DNA of 64,000 nucleotides, from positions 62,310,001-62,374,000 of the forward strand of contig OZ024740.1 in NCBI GenBank assembly GCA_964016885.1. Direction: 5' to 3'. This DNA comes from Eledone cirrhosa (lineage: Eukaryota). Below are positions 39,538 through 54,119 of the stretch, piece by piece. The position numbers were made by a program, and so were the translations under genes. A model generated the notes under the pieces. That model made no database searches. It was not told the origin of the DNA and saw only the letters and a program-made list of their open reading frames with translations. The first letter of the stretch is position 1; every line of letters begins with the position of its first letter.

Positions 39538-40958
39538 TGCCCACCTCATTCATCATGATAAATTTTGTTTTTCAACATTCCAACCTTCTCTTTCTTCTAA
39601 CTTTACTCTTTCCTGATGAATGACTAATGTCCAATATGTTGAAATATCCTTTCCTTTACCAACAAACATCAAACTAATAAGACTTTGTTTATTACTATTT
39701 CTGTGTTTGTCTGTTTTAATCTTGAACACCCCCACCCCTCTCTCTGTCAGGGAAAAACGATATTAACTGATGACTATATATATATGTGTGTGTGTGTATA
39801 TATATATATATACATACACACACATACAACTTTCCATTTTAGAGAATAAAGGTATCCATTTCTGCTCTCTTCAGATAAGCCTGTTGAAATATTAAGTGTT
39901 TTCCATCATTTTGTTCCCCTCCCTCCAGTGAAGTATATTAAATATTTCAAGAGATTTTTATTTATCCTTTTAAATCTTATTTTATTTAATATTTGTAGCC
40001 ACTACAGTAATTTAGACTTGGGCTTCCACAAAAAGACAAGAAAAAAAAGAAAAAAACAATAAGCAAATTATAGAAAATTAAAAAAAAAGTTGACTGAATC
40101 CCATCCAACAGATTAATCAGTGAGTGGAACATGGGAGATTAATAAAGACATTCCAAAGATTCTTCACTGACGCACATGTGTGTATGAGTAAACGCATGCA
40201 ACATGAATGCAGTGTAAACTGCCTGGCAATTGTCTAGACATCAACAAAAAGAGTCTTGTCATTTTGGCAGTAGGGATGCAAAAGGGAACAACCATAATAA
40301 ATATTGATTTCTTGCATGTGCATAATATACCCTCAGCATTTCAGAAGGTGGTGAGGAAGGTGATGGGAAGTTGTGACATTAATACATTTATCACTTTGTT
40401 TGTAGTGATGCTGACAGAATTATCCTAATAAATATTGATTTATAACATTGGCATGGATGAGTCCACAGATCTTGTTAGGGAGGATGATAGCTAAATTGAT
40501 TCAAAGGCATGAGGGAAACTTATTTTATTAATCTTCCTGGGAGAATGAAAGATGTATTAGCACTCTGCTGGGATTTGAACATAGACAACACTAAATACTA
40601 AAAATGGTTGTTACTCTTGCTATCAGCATACAACCTTGATTTCTTAATCCTTTTGATACCAACACGACTAAAACTGTCTCTGGTTCTCTGATAAAAGCTC
40701 TCATTTTAAAGTGTTCATATTTAGACTCAAACCTTCCATCATAATTTTATCTAAGAACCTTTTGATAAGTGATTTTCAAAATACCAGCTTAGTAATGAAA
40801 AATTTAGTTATTTTCTATTAAATTCTTCCAAATCCTCGATCATTTTCAAAATTAATAAAAAAAAATGCACAGACTGTGTATTTCTATTAGAAATATTGTC
40901 ACTAAAAGGTTAAACAGGTATAAAGGATTTTGAATTTTAAGAAAATGAAACTTATATT

Positions 40959-41222
40959 TAACCTTTTAGCATTTACATTACTCTATATTTATTGTATTTT
41001 CACGGTAAAGGCTTTACTTCACATAATATCGAATCTATGAGATTTTGATATTATTTAATTTGAAAACAATACCTTAACATAAGTATGAGCAGCTGGTTAT
41101 GGCCTTTTTGAACAGAAAGAGGTGAGAGAATTCAATATTATGTGAAATAATTATGTGAGGTAAAGCCTTTACCATGAAAATATAATAGTAAATATAGAGT
41201 AATGTAAATGCTAAAGGGTTAA
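40959..41222. mobile_element. piggyBac-like MITE with ~65-bp TIRs
   Basis: ttaaccttttagcatttacattactctatattt... and ...aaatatagagtaatgtaaatgctaaagggttaa. A second TTAA-MITE family occurs at 40645-40913 and 42465-42708. Confidence 0.8.
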
Positions 41223-43139
41223 TCACTTTAAATTGGAATCATTTCTGAGGCAATATTTTATGGCTGCATCCATTTCCTGGTACCTACCTTTTTTTGTTGC
41301 TATACATGCAGGTGGAGGCGCATGTATAGGTTTAGTGGTTGTGAGTTTGATTCCTGGACCGGATGATGCTTTGTGTCCTTGAGCAAGGCACTTTATTTCA
41401 TGTTGGTTCAGTCCACTCAGCTGTAGAAATGGGTTGCGATATCACTGGTGCCAAGCTGTATCAGCCTTTGCCTTTCCTTTGGATAATGTTTGTGGTATGC
41501 GTGACTGTTGGTCTTCCACAAAAACACCTTGGAGAGGAACATTCTAGGTGTAAAACCTATGGTCATTCATGACTGAAGGGGGTCTTTATCCTTTATATAC
41601 ATGCAGCTCATTATACTGACTAAATGCTCTTTACAGCAGTCTGACCTCTGCCTGCATAGAAAATAGGATGTAAAATGATGATGATGATGAATTACACCTC
41701 TATACCCAAGCACAGTAGGATATTCAGAGCTAGGTTAACTCAACCATTGAGCATTAACTGTCTTGACCACACATATGATAGTGTATTAGTAACAGGATAT
41801 ACACCACTGACCTTTCAGCTTCTAGTTGTTCAGCACCCTACTGGCTGAGTGAGCAATATTTTGCAAACATTAACAATAATTGTTTCTAATGCTCTTGAAA
41901 TAGATGTGTCATGATGATATCCCATTTCCACCATCTCTTCTCTGTAAACTTGTCAGGCTTCCTGTTCATGTTAGCAAAGAAAAAAAAATCACTTATTGTG
42001 TACTTATATACCTGTTAGGGACCGGAAAGTCAGGTTAGTATTGACTGGTGTTTATCAGTAAATCTGTTAAGATGGACTTGCTTAATGAAATAGATTCTAC
42101 CTGATTGTAGTACAGATTTTTTTCACCTTTATTGTTAATTGTAGGTATTACCTGTTAACACATTGACTGTAGTAGAAGCAGTAGCAACAGCAACAAAAAC
42201 AAGAATAGCAATAAAAAGTTGATAGCTCAAGTTGTATAGAGGACTGGATTAAATATTCAGTAGTATTTTTTTTCCTCTGAATTCAGTTGAATTGTTGTTG
42301 TTTAGCCCCTGGTCAACCTTAGTCAACTAGACCTATTTTCGAAGGCATTTCACCCCTGATCATCCTGATTCCAACCCTTTTAGTCACCTAGAAAGATTGC
42401 CTGTAGGTTGGTTCCAATTGACTTTAGATAATAATTTGATATGATATTCAATAAGATTCTCACCTTAACCCTTTCATTATCATATTTCTTATACTTGTTT
42501 GATTCAATTAATTTTGAAAATAACCAAACATTAGAAGGAATTTAATAGAATAACTAAGTTTTTCATTAGTAAACTGATATTTAGAACATTATTTAGGAAA
42601 AGTTCCTAAAATAAAATCATGATGAAAGGTTTTAATATAAAGATAAACATATTAAAATGAGCAGTTTTGTATCATAAATCCAGAGCAGTTTGGTATTGAA
42701 AGAGTTAAAAAACAATTAGTAGCTTGCACTCATGAAAAGTAACATAATTTGGTATTTATAGCCCAATTTAGCAACCCTGTGTCATATATATTTTTGATAA
42801 CAATCCTTCTGAAACTGCTTCTGTATCTATGGTGAAAAATCATTTATTTTAACTCCTAACACCTTTAGCAGACCATATCTAAAAACAGGTTTCTTAATTA
42901 AAATATTTATAGTATTTTTACTAGTGGATAGATTGTTGTAAACATTTGTAGTATTAGGGTAAATGCTTTAATTTTTAATGTAATGAAGTCATAGAGCTGT
43001 TTTGTACTTTTCTGAAAAGACGTCTTGTTAATGTGGTACAGGATGTTAATAGTTAAAGTGTTCATAATTAAATTTAAACATTCCATTATAATTTTTTTAT
43101 AGAACCTTTTATTAAGTTATGTCATAACCAATTAAAAAA

Positions 43140-44200
43140 AAGGGCATATGACTGCATTCCTTGGGACCTGCTGTGGAAGGTTCTGCAGGAGTATGGGATC
43201 GATATTCAGTTTCTTGCTGCCCTGATATCTCTATGTGAATGCCCGAGTATTTGTGTTCGGATAAATGGTGCTAAATTGAAACCATTCAAAGTGGGAGTTG
43301 GACTCCGTCAAGCGTGTGTACTGTCACCTCTCCTGTTCATTATTTACATGAACAGGATTGACATGCGCCGTCGGGTTGGAAGTGGTATCATAACTGGCAG
43401 CTGTAAAATCAGTCAGCTTTTATTTGCAGACGTTACTTAACTCAACAGAAAGTGATCTCCGACTTGCACTTGATAGGTTTGATGCGGAGTGCTGCATGGC
43501 TGGAATAAAAATCAGTGCTACAAAAACTGAGACACTCATCTTCTCAAGGAAGCCTGCACAGTGTACTCTACATGTGAATGGAGTTCCACTGAAGCTGGTA
43601 GAGAAGTTCAAGTATCTTGGAGTGATGGAAGGCAGAAGGCTGGATTAAGTACAAGAATTGCAGGAGCTGGTGCAGTAATGTACCAGCTTCAACATTCAGA
43701 AGAAGGGAGGGGGGGGGGGCTTAAAAGCCTAACTCGTTATCTTCAATTCAGTATTTGTGCCAACCCTTATCTATGCTCATGAATCTTGGGTAATGACTGA
43801 AAGAATACGATTGCGAATACACGTGGCCGAAATGGGATTCCTCCGAAGAGTCTCTGGAGTAACTTTACTCAATAGAGTACATAGCTTGGAGATCAGAGAG
43901 TCACTCAAGGTGGAGCCACTACTTCTCCGAATTGAGAGATTACAGTTGTGATACTATGGGCATATGGTTAGAATGTCTCAGGAAAGAATTGCTGGACAAA
44001 TTTTATGGGCAAAACCAGTTGGCAGGAAACCCAGGGGTAGACCCCGACCAACATGGTTTGATAACATCCATGAACTTGGCTGGGGATCTATCTGGATCAG
44101 TTGGAGACAGCTGCTTCTGACAGGACCTGCTGGAAGGAGTGTTTGAGAACTCTGTCCCCATGACCCTCTCAGGAATAAATGGGTACAGAAGAAGAAGAAG
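43140..44200 (+). mobile_element. Decayed RTE-like LINE (older family) with (GAA)n tail
   Basis: AYDCIP, GLRQACVLSPLLF, FAD, FKYLG, YAHESW, RPRPTW; related copy at 58950-59740. Confidence 0.85.
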
Positions 44201-44644
44201 ATAACCAATTTAATAACAAGAAACTTAGTTATATTACTAAATCTCTTCAAATTCATAATAATTTAAAAAATTAATTGAAAATCATAGGCAGTGTCTTTTC
44301 ATTAGAAATATTAAGAGTGTAAGATGAGTTATTCTTAAATGTTTGTCTGCCTACTTCCTTGACTTAGTTGACTGAATTCTCCCAACAAAAGCCACAGCAT
44401 AAAAAGATAAAAATTGAAAAAATAATATTCCCTTTCAAATACACACAGTATCACGTAGCGCACTGAAATCAAGGGTGGGGTGCTACATTGACTGCTGGTT
44501 GTATTTAGCAAACAGTCATCATAAATCAGAGAAGGCACACATTGTAGGCTTGGCCTATGTTGCTGAATACCTTGATACCAGTCCTCATCCCCCTCCCTTC
44601 CACGCATAGAGAGAGAAAGACAGACAGACAGAAATCTACTAATA

Positions 44645-44825
44645 TAATTGTTTCTACGTTAGGCACAAGGCCAGCAATACCCAGTGCATTACTGGTACTT
44701 TATTTTATCGACCCCGTAAGGATGAAAGGCAAAGTTAACCTTGGCGGGATTTGAACTCAGAATGGCAAGTGGCGTAACTCTATGCGTCAAAGCATGGCGT
44801 CCGACCCTCTACCAATACTGCCAAT
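44645..44825 (-). mobile_element. tRNA-derived SINE
   Basis: Reverse complement of the 4746 family. Confidence 0.88.
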
Positions 44826-44864
44826 CAACAATAGCCTTGTGTATTTGTCCGTAATGCACTAAAG

Positions 44865-44970
44865 ATGACTGATGAAGGAAGGGGTGATTTCGTTGACTGA
44901 GGAAGGAAGGGGTGATAATGTCGACTGAGGAAGGAAGGGGTGATTACGTCGACAGAGGAAAGAGGGGGTG
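44865..44970. repeat. ~28-bp tandem repeat (gactgaggaaggaaggggtgattacgtc), about 3.5 copies
   Basis: Directly visible. Confidence 0.8.
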
Positions 44971-45554
44971 GGTGATGACAACACATTGGGATGTTATGAT
45001 TATGTGAGCGTTTGTGTGTGTGTATATGTGTGATTGTGTAAGTTATATTTATATATAATATTTGTGTGAGTGTATATCTGTTTGTGTGTGTTTATTTAGA
45101 AAGATACAAACACACAAATCTACACATACATTTATATAAACAGACACAATTAGAAAAAAATTATTATTACATACACACATCTATGTGATGACTGAGGAAT
45201 TAGGGGAAATGAGAAACTATAGAAGTCCAGCGTTCTAAGATTCGTTACAGCTGTGTTTGTGTTTGTATCACTTGTGTGAGTGAGAGTGAAGGAACCAACC
45301 AACATCTCTTTTTTATATTATGTGTATTACAATTAGCTGTCATTTTTGACGCCATAGGGCTAGCTAGTTAGTTCATAATTAGCAAAATAAGAGTCTTATA
45401 CAGGTATAAATTTTTGCTAAGGAAAGGTAAAAAACTGAAAAAAAAAAATGACATTTTTATTGAATTGTTAATGTGTTAAGTAAACTTTTTAGTGAGACCA
45501 ACATGGGATATGTAAAAATTTAGAAAATTATGGGATGTATATAGTTACAGCTGT

Positions 45555-46205
45555 TTATGTTCTGAGTTCAAATCCCACTAGGGCTCAATAAAATAAAATA
45601 CCAGTAACACTGGTGTCGATTTAATTCACTTTATCCTTTCCCTTCAAATTGCTGGCCTTGTGCCAAAAGTAGAAATCATTATTATTATTATTATCAGTAT
45701 CGGTAGAGGGTCGGACGCCATGCTTTCCAACATAGTTACGTCCCTTTACGATCTGAGTTCAAATCCCACCGAGGTTGACTTTGCCTTTCATCCTTACGGA
45801 GTCGATAAAATAAAGTACCAGTAATGCACTGGGTAATTGCTGGCCTTGTGCCTAAAGTAGAAACAATTATTATTATTATTAAAAAAACTTTTTTAATATT
45901 GAACAGTTTTTCTATTCATACTGTTCAATTGTGACCACATTGCACAGTCTGGGTCATCATCACCATTGCTCTCTGTCCCCCCCCCTCTCTCTCTCTCTCA
46001 TACTGTTATCTCTGATTATGGTGGATTGGCAGTATGGGTAGAGAGTCGGACGCCATGCTTTCCAGCATAGTTACGTCCCTTTACGATCTGAGTTCAAATC
46101 TCGGCGAGGTTAACTTTGCCTTTCATCCTTACGGGGTTGATAAAATAAAGTACCAGTAATGTACTAGGTAATTGCTGGCCTTGTGCCAAATCTAGAAACA
46201 ATTAT
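45555..46205 (+). mobile_element. Cluster of three tRNA-SINE copies (45555-45680, 45696-45880, 46018-46205)
   Basis: B boxes, cores and (ATT)n tails. Confidence 0.85.
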
Positions 46206-46698
46206 TTCTATGGTATCAAACACTGCTCTGTTTTTAATAAACAAAACTAAAAAAGTTTTTTTTTATCTCATACTTAGTTCTGTCTCAATCTGTGTAAGGT
46301 GGATGTGATTATAGGTTTGTACAGTCTCAAAAAGGATTAAGAGGCTTTACTGATGGATTTATTTTATGACTAAATAATTTAATTAATATAACAAATTCCT
46401 TATTGTGAGCCTTGATAGACCAGATCCTATAGCTTGCAGCTCATTGATCAAATGACTATCTGTGAATAACAGATCTATTGTTCAAGTTCCAAACCTATTG
46501 TTCCTGATACATAGTGGTTAATCATATAAAGTAATAGTTCTTAACCTTTTTGACCCACACCTACCATAACATCTAAAAAAAGTTGGTGCTTCCCTCAATA
46601 TAAAAACATGTTTGGTATTAACCCTTTTGATATCAAAGCACTTGAAACTGTTCTTGGTTCTATGATACAAAGCTGTTTATTTTAAAATGTTTCTATTT

Positions 46699-49492
46699 CA
46701 TCATCATTATCATCATCATCATCGTTTAATGTCCATCTTCCACGCTTGCATGGGTTTCGACGGGAGTTTTCCCACTTGAGGCAAGAGTGGTTGTCTTGCT
46801 CGCATAGGACTGTCTGGCGGGTTTTCTACAGCTGGATGCCCTTCCTAACACCAACCACGTTTACAGTGTGGACTGGGAGGTTTTTACCGTGTTACCTACA
46901 CGGCCACATTACAGCGTGGACTGTGTGTTTTTTTTGTCGTGACACCTACACGACCTCATTTGTTTTGGAGTGGATGTTGTGGTACCAACATAACTTTACA
47001 TTGAAAGGGGTGGTGTGGATGGGGTGGGGGTAGTGGGACGGGGGGGGGGGTGTATTTTTGTTAGAGGTGCCTACTGACTGTAGTAGGTTTCACTTTGTAC
47101 TTAGGTAAGGCGGGTCTTCTGTATTACTGTGTAGCGCCAAAGATCTTGGAGAGGTGCAAGTGTGTGAGGTCGGAATTTATCAGGTCGTCCCAGGTTTTTC
47201 TGGGTCTGCCTACTCCGTGGCTACCGTCTATTTTTATTGCCCTGCACTTTTTTATACAGCTGTCGTCTTTCATGCGCATCACGTGACCGTACCAACGTAG
47301 TCTTCTCTCGAGTAAACAACATCTGATCCCTCTTATTTCTAATTTTTCCCTTAGTTCGTTTATGCTTTGCCGTTCACGTATATTACTATTACACATCCAG
47401 CGGAGCATGCAAGCCTCGTTCCTCTCCAGTCTGCGTATATCCTCTGCACACAATGCCCAGGTCTCACTGCCATGTAACATTGCTGTTCGTATGCAGGCAT
47501 TATACAGCCTGCCTTTCATTTTTAGAGAGAACCCTTTAGTGGCTAATAGTGGTATAAGCTCTCTGAACTTTTTCCATCCCGTTCTGACTCTAGCAACTGT
47601 ACTTTCAGAGCATCCTCCACCACTGCTGATTTTGTCACCCAAGTAATGGAAGGTGTCCACTATTTCTATAGAACCATCTGTGCAATGGAATGAGCTAGTA
47701 TTCTGTGGGCACTTGCTGCTACTTATTGCACCAGAGCACTGGCCACATAAAATCTATATTCTTAGTTAGCTTACCTGTGATCCCACTACATCTTTTATGC
47801 AGCCATAGTTTGCATTTGGGACATAAAATGGAGTTTCTGCCTACTCTTTTCCTACACACTGAGCATGGCCATTTCCCGGATGGGACCGGTGCCCTATTTT
47901 CCTTCCTACAAACTAGAACTTTAGTCTTAGACAGGTTAATTTTAAGGCCTTTTGATTCTAGGCCATGCTTCCTTGTTTGGAATTTCTTCTCTAGTTCAGC
48001 CATTGATTCAGCTATAAGCGTTAGATCATCTGCGTATAGGAGTTCCCATGGGCAGCCGGTCTTGAACTCCTCTGTTATAGCCTGAAGGACAATAATAAAT
48101 AGTAGGGGGCTAAGAACGGAGCCCTGATGAACACCAACTTTTACGCTAAACTCTTCACTAAATTCGTTGTTAATTCTAACCTTGCTGACTGATTCTTTAT
48201 ACATGGCTTGTATAGCTCTCACAAGCCATTCATCAACACCTAGTTTTCTAAGAGCCCACCAGATAATGGAACGGGTGACTCTGTCAAAGGCTTTCTCAAA
48301 GTCGACAAAAGCTAAGTATAGGGGTTTACTTTTAGCTAGGTACTTCTCCTGTAGTTGTTGTACAATGAAAAGAGCGTCTGTGGTACTTTTACCTGATACA
48401 AACCCGAACTGCATTTCATCTAGATCAATTCTCTCTCTGATTAGTTGCGCTATTACTTTTTCTGGGACCTTCATGACCTGGTCGATTAATTTAATGCCTC
48501 TATAGTTACTCCTATCTAGGGCATCTCCCTTGTAGCAGTTAATGATGATGCTGCTACGCCAGTCCTTCAGAACAACCCCATTCTGTATGACTTGGTTTAC
48601 TATCCGGGTGACCATAGTGTGTTCCACTGTTCCAGAAGCTTTCAGCATTTCAGCAACTATTTCCGAAGGCCCAGCCGCCTTACCCGTCTCCATATCTTTG
48701 ATTGCCTTACTTATTATACTACCTTCAACTAACACTGCTGGTCCCTCTATTGGATCGATGTGGGGGAGACTGTCTTTCTCCCATTTATTCTCCTCATTTA
48801 GTAGCCTTTCGTCGTGACACTTCCAAGCTACCTTCTTATCAGCGTCAGTGATGGCAAGTACACCATCATCATTAAGGACACACTTCTCCCCGACAATATC
48901 ACGGTTTTCCTTGACACATTGCCTAGCAATGTAGAACATGCTTGAACTTTCTTTCCTCTGCTTCCCTTCTTGCAAAGTACACTTGTCTTCTAGCTTCCCT
49001 CCTGGCCACTTGATAGTCTTCTCTACTTCCCCCATCCCACCATACTTTCCAAGCCTGCTTTTTGGCCTTGATTGACTCCTCAACCTTACTGTTCCACCAC
49101 CACGTTACTCTCCTCCTGCCTATAGGTCTGCTCCAGCCACAGACTTCATCTGTCGCCTTCAGCAGGTTAGCTCTCAGGAATTCCCACTGTTCCTCTATAT
49201 TGTACGACTCTAATTGCTCTTCCTTACTGTCAAAAGCATCAAGTAATATGCTTTTAAATTTATTACTGGCTGTGGGGTCCTTTAGCTTCCATATTTTTCT
49301 CCTGAGGATAGTCCTCTTCTGTTGTTGAGTACGTCTCGTCCTGACTATGAGGTCGCTAATTATGAGTCTATGTTGAGAGATGCATTCTTCATGGGGGAGG
49401 GATTTAGTGTTTACAACAGACACTCTGTCACGTCTTCTGGTAAGGATATAATCTACCTGGCTGGTATGTTCCCCTGATCTGTAGGTGATCAA
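46699..49492 (-). mobile_element. Longest RTE (PHD family) copy: end of APE + RT + 3' UTR, frameshifted
   Basis: [60 protein letters not shown] across ORFs 48923-49492, 47719-49083 and 47124-47660. Confidence 0.93.
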
Positions 49493-51742
49493 GTGATTTA
49501 TTTATTTATTTATTTATTTAAAATTTTTCATTATAATTATAAGTTACACTCCAAACATCAGCTTAGTAATGAGAAAGTTAGCTGTTTTACTAAATCCCTT
49601 AACATTTTTCATAATTTTCAAAGTGATTGGAAATATAGTAATAAAAAGGTTAAAAGATACAATGTAATATTTAGAAAAGTTATTTCCTTAAGAGGCATTC
49701 ATTCTGTTTTCAGAATCACTGGTATAAGGAATAGTGTGATAGTTTTGATACTGTCCAGTCTAATTCTGTTGTTCTGTTGTTTTTGTTTAGCCCAGATTCA
49801 ATCTGGCCCATTCTTTCAAGCCTAGTGTATCTAAGACTAAATTATCTATTGTATCCTTCCTTTTTTAAATACTAGTGTGTGGCTTGAGGGAGATTTGGTT
49901 GATATTTCTGGTAGGTTGAGTGACTGCATAAAGTCATCCGTATTTTGTATATTCTACTGGTAGCTACAACAGAAATGGGCAAGGTGGATTTGATCAGAGC
50001 ATAACAGTTGCTGTTCCTCTGTCCTTATCATTAGTTTCATGTATCCCAGCCAAGTTTTTTTTTTACTAATGAGGTTATTGATATCCCTATTACTTCTGTG
50101 TTATAATTGATTTACTTTTTACGTTTGTGTTTCCAGGATGATATAGTAATGTTCTTTGATGTTGTGGATGTATGTAGTGGTGGTTGTATATGTAGTTGCA
50201 AGAACTGAGGCTAGGAGCTTGGTGCTGCAACAAATTTTAGATTTTCTATATGGCTGCTTAATCTGTTTAAAATATAAAACAGATCACCCTCAAATTCTCC
50301 TCACTGTCTTGCTACCTTTATCAAGCCAGTGAAGAAACCTCTGTGTGGCTGTCCAACCTACTAGAAACAATAGCCAGATTTCCTTAGCTCTTAACATGCA
50401 ATAATGATTTAGCAAAATATATCTAAAAATGGGTTTGTTAATTAAAATGTTTATAGTGTTTTAACTAGTGGACAGATGGTTGTGAAAATATGCAGTAAAC
50501 TAAAGACTTTAATGTTTAATGTGATGCAGTCATAGTGCTGTTTTGTACTTTTCAAGAATGTCTTGTAGTTTCATGTAGTTCAAGACATCAATAGTTAAAT
50601 TATGCCCTTACTTTTAAAAGAAAGTCAGGATACATTGTCCTAGATATACAAAAAACAACAACAAAACAACAAAACAAAAAAAAAAACAAAAAAAAAAACA
50701 GAAACAAAATCAGATCCCGCCGAGATTAACTTTGCCTTTCATCCCTATGGGGTTGATAAAATAAGGCACCATTAATGCACTGGGATAATTGCTGGCCTTA
50801 TACCAAAAGTAGAAACAATTACTAGTTAATTTCAGAAGAGGAGATGACTTTAACTCAATATTTAAACAAAGATAGACAATATGGAAGGTCATCACTAGTT
50901 GTGTCAGATACAAGACTAAGACATAGAGACAAACTAATGCATACGCATGTACATGTACATACATATTGACACATACATGTACATACATATTGACACATAC
51001 ATGTACAAATATGCTGGGTTTTGTACAGTTTCTGTCTACTAATTTCATTTAAAAGACATTGGTTGGCTCAGGGTTATAGTAGAAGTCATTTGCTTAGGTT
51101 CCACACAATGGGAAAGCATAGAACCAGAAACCACATGGTTGTGAAGCATCCTGCTCAACCATACAGCATTGCCTGTGCCTTCTATATAATAATATTTTAT
51201 ATCTGAGATAACTGGATCTATAGTTTGCTTCTAAGCATTCAATTAACTACCTCCATGTTATGGTTCTTCCACAGGCAGAGCTGAACAAGATTAGTTAACA
51301 AGAATAGAAACAAAAACAAGAACTGTGTGACTTTACATCAATGCAACAAAAATGCAACAAACTAAAAGGTAGACCTGTGCAATCTATGTCAGACAGAAAA
51401 ATAGCAAAAACAAACATCTTAATGTGCAATGATAGAATCTGACAATGAGTTGGTTGGTATATCATGTGAATCTTTCATATCAGTAGGATTTGAGCACAAG
51501 TGTTAAATTACACAAGTTTGTGTAAATCTTGGTACAAATTATTCTATACAGCATCATCATCATTATCACCATTGTCAGGTATACATCCGCCTTTTCATAC
51601 AGGTATATATATGTTCATATACAAACATGTATATCCTTACACATATGTACATTAACATCACCATTGTTTAACATCCGTTGAAACAATTATGATGATATAT
51701 GTGTGTGTATGTTGCATTAACAAAGTTTCAGGCTTAGAGGAA

Positions 51743-51786
<44 letters not shown>

Positions 51787-51982
51787 GTACATACATATAT
51801 GTATACAGATGTACAATAGTATATATATATATATATATATACATGCACACATATATATATGTACATATGGATTCACCGAACATTTATTATAATGCTCGGT
51901 GTGTTTGTAAACAAACATCCCGAATTAAGCCGTACAGTGTCTAGCAACCATCGTTGCTCGTTTGTTCAACATTGACAAAGGA

Positions 51983-52025
51983 ACGCTGTACTAGTTTCAA
52001 GCTTATTAGCTATCGTCAGCAACGT
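51983..52025 (-). ncRNA. Minimal type I hammerhead ribozyme (family A, second copy)
   Basis: Reverse complement of 25352-25394, inside the inverted-repeat element 51782-52404. Confidence 0.85.
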
Positions 52026-52404
52026 ATACCTTCCTGCCAGATGATTGAACGTCTGAAAGTATATACTTTCCTTATGCATATTAACGGCTGAGCAGCCTAA
52101 TTTGCATATCGAGTGAGTTAATCGGCCAGGCGCACCGAAAACGATAAACGGAAAAAATGAAACGGAATTTCATTTCTCACTCTTAGTGTACGGCTTAATT
52201 CGGGATGTTTGTTTACAAACACACCGAGCATTATAATAAATGTTTGGTGAATCCATACGTACATATATATATGTGGGCATGTATGTATATAAATATACAT
52301 ACTACTGTACGTCTGTATACATATATGTATGTACGTATACATACTTATATTTAAGTAACAGCCGTACTAAGAGTGAGAAATTAAATTTTGTTTCATTTTT
52401 TCCG

Positions 52405-52447
<43 letters not shown>

Positions 52448-52629
52448 CTGTGCTGATAAGCGTTTTGGCATTGATACACTGGTTGGATGCCCTTCCTAAC
52501 ACCAGCGCCACTTTACAGCATGGACTGGGTGCTTTTATTTGTGCCACCAGCACTAGAGAGGATGTCTTACTAGACTCAAGGGCCTTCTCTACCCCTCCAT
52601 TTTACAGCATGGTCATTAAAAACTGATAG

Positions 52630-54071
52630 ATCAGGTTATGAAAGTGGCAGAAAGGATTTTAGCACAACTAATTAGAGAAAGGGTCAAACTAGATGAGATG
52701 CAGTTTGGTTTTGTGCCTGGGAAGAGTACAACAGATGCCCTCTTCTTGGTGAGACAATTGCAAGAGAGGTTCTTAGAGAAGAATAAGCCACTATACTTAG
52801 CCTTTGTTGACCTAGAGAAGGCCTTTGATAGGGTACCCCGATCTGTCATCTGGTGGTCCCTAAGGAAGCTAGGTGTTGAGGAATGGCTTGTGAGGACAGT
52901 GCAAACTTTGTACAGAGGTACTCTCAGTAAAGTCAGGGTAGGAATGGAGTTTAGTGAGGAATTCCAGATACAAGTAGGAGTACATCAGGGTTCGGTCCTC
53001 AGCCCGCTCTTGTTCATTATAGTCCTCCAAGCCATAACAGAGGAGTTTAAGACTGGCTGTCCATGGGAACTTCTCTATGCTGACGATCTGGTTCTTATAG
53101 CAGAATCAGTAGAGGAGCTAGAGAATAAATTCTGGCTATGGAAACAGCAGTTGGAAGCAAGAGGACTGAGAGTGAATCTAGCTAAGACAAAAGTATTGAT
53201 GAGTAGAAAAGAGGACAAAACCCTGATTCCGTCAGGGAAATGGCCATGTTCGATATGCAGAAAAGGAACTGGCATAAATTCTATAAAATGCACACAATGC
53301 AGATCCTGGGTACACAAGAGATGTAGCGGGATAGCAGGCAAACTAACAGGTAGGGAGAAATATGTATGCAGTAGATGTACAGGGAAATTAGACAGTAGAA
53401 GTCGCATTGATAGACACATTTTTCAAATGTAGGAGGGCGCTATAGAAGTGGTGGATAGCTTCCGGTACCTAGGAGATCAAATTAGCATGGGAGGAGGGTG
53501 TTCCGAGGCCATAGTATCTAGAATAAGGACGGGTTGGAAGAAGTTTAGGGAGCTGCTTCCTCTGTTGACGAAGAAGGGTTTGTCCCTGCGTACGAAAGGC
53601 CGGTTGTATGATGCCTGTGTGAGGAGCGCGATGCTGCATGGTAGTGAGACATGGTCAGCAACTGCAGAGGATATGCGACGGCTGGAGAGAAATGAGGCAA
53701 GCATGCTCCATTGGATGTGCAGTGTAAATGTGCGTGAACTACCCAGCATAAATGTGTTGAGAGAGAAACTGTGTCTGAGAGGGATAGAATGTAGTGTACG
53801 GGAGAGGAGACTGAGGTGGTATGGACATGTGATGCGCATGGAGGATGACCGATGGGTGAAGAAGTACTAGGAATTGCCAGTTGAAGGAAGACGTGGTAGA
53901 GGTAGACCACGAAAAACATGGGCGGAGGTGGTGAGAACAGACCTCAGATCATTGAAGCTCACGGTGGAGATGACGAGGGACCGTGACGAGTGGAGAGATG
54001 CTGTGCTGAATAAAACCCGTCCCACCCTTGCAAGCAGGGGGGAAAAGCGGACGTAAAATGATGATGATGAT
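52630..54071 (+). mobile_element. 5'-truncated RTE (diverged PHD subfamily)
   Basis: RT and PHD motifs in ORFs 52638-53432, 53448-53870 and 53874-54056 separated by stops; (GAT)n tail. Confidence 0.92.
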
Positions 54072-54119
54072 GTATATTTATATATGTATATATGTATGTA
54101 TATATATATATGTATATAT

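Noticed and set aside
44865-44970. Repeated CTGANGA motifs; CRISPR-like spacing
   Set aside because: Simple tandem repeat with no spacers, no GAAA or stems, and a eukaryotic context.
45188-45228. CTGAGGA...GAAA-CTATAG with a palindromic loop
   Set aside because: No stem II and no UH after the palindrome.
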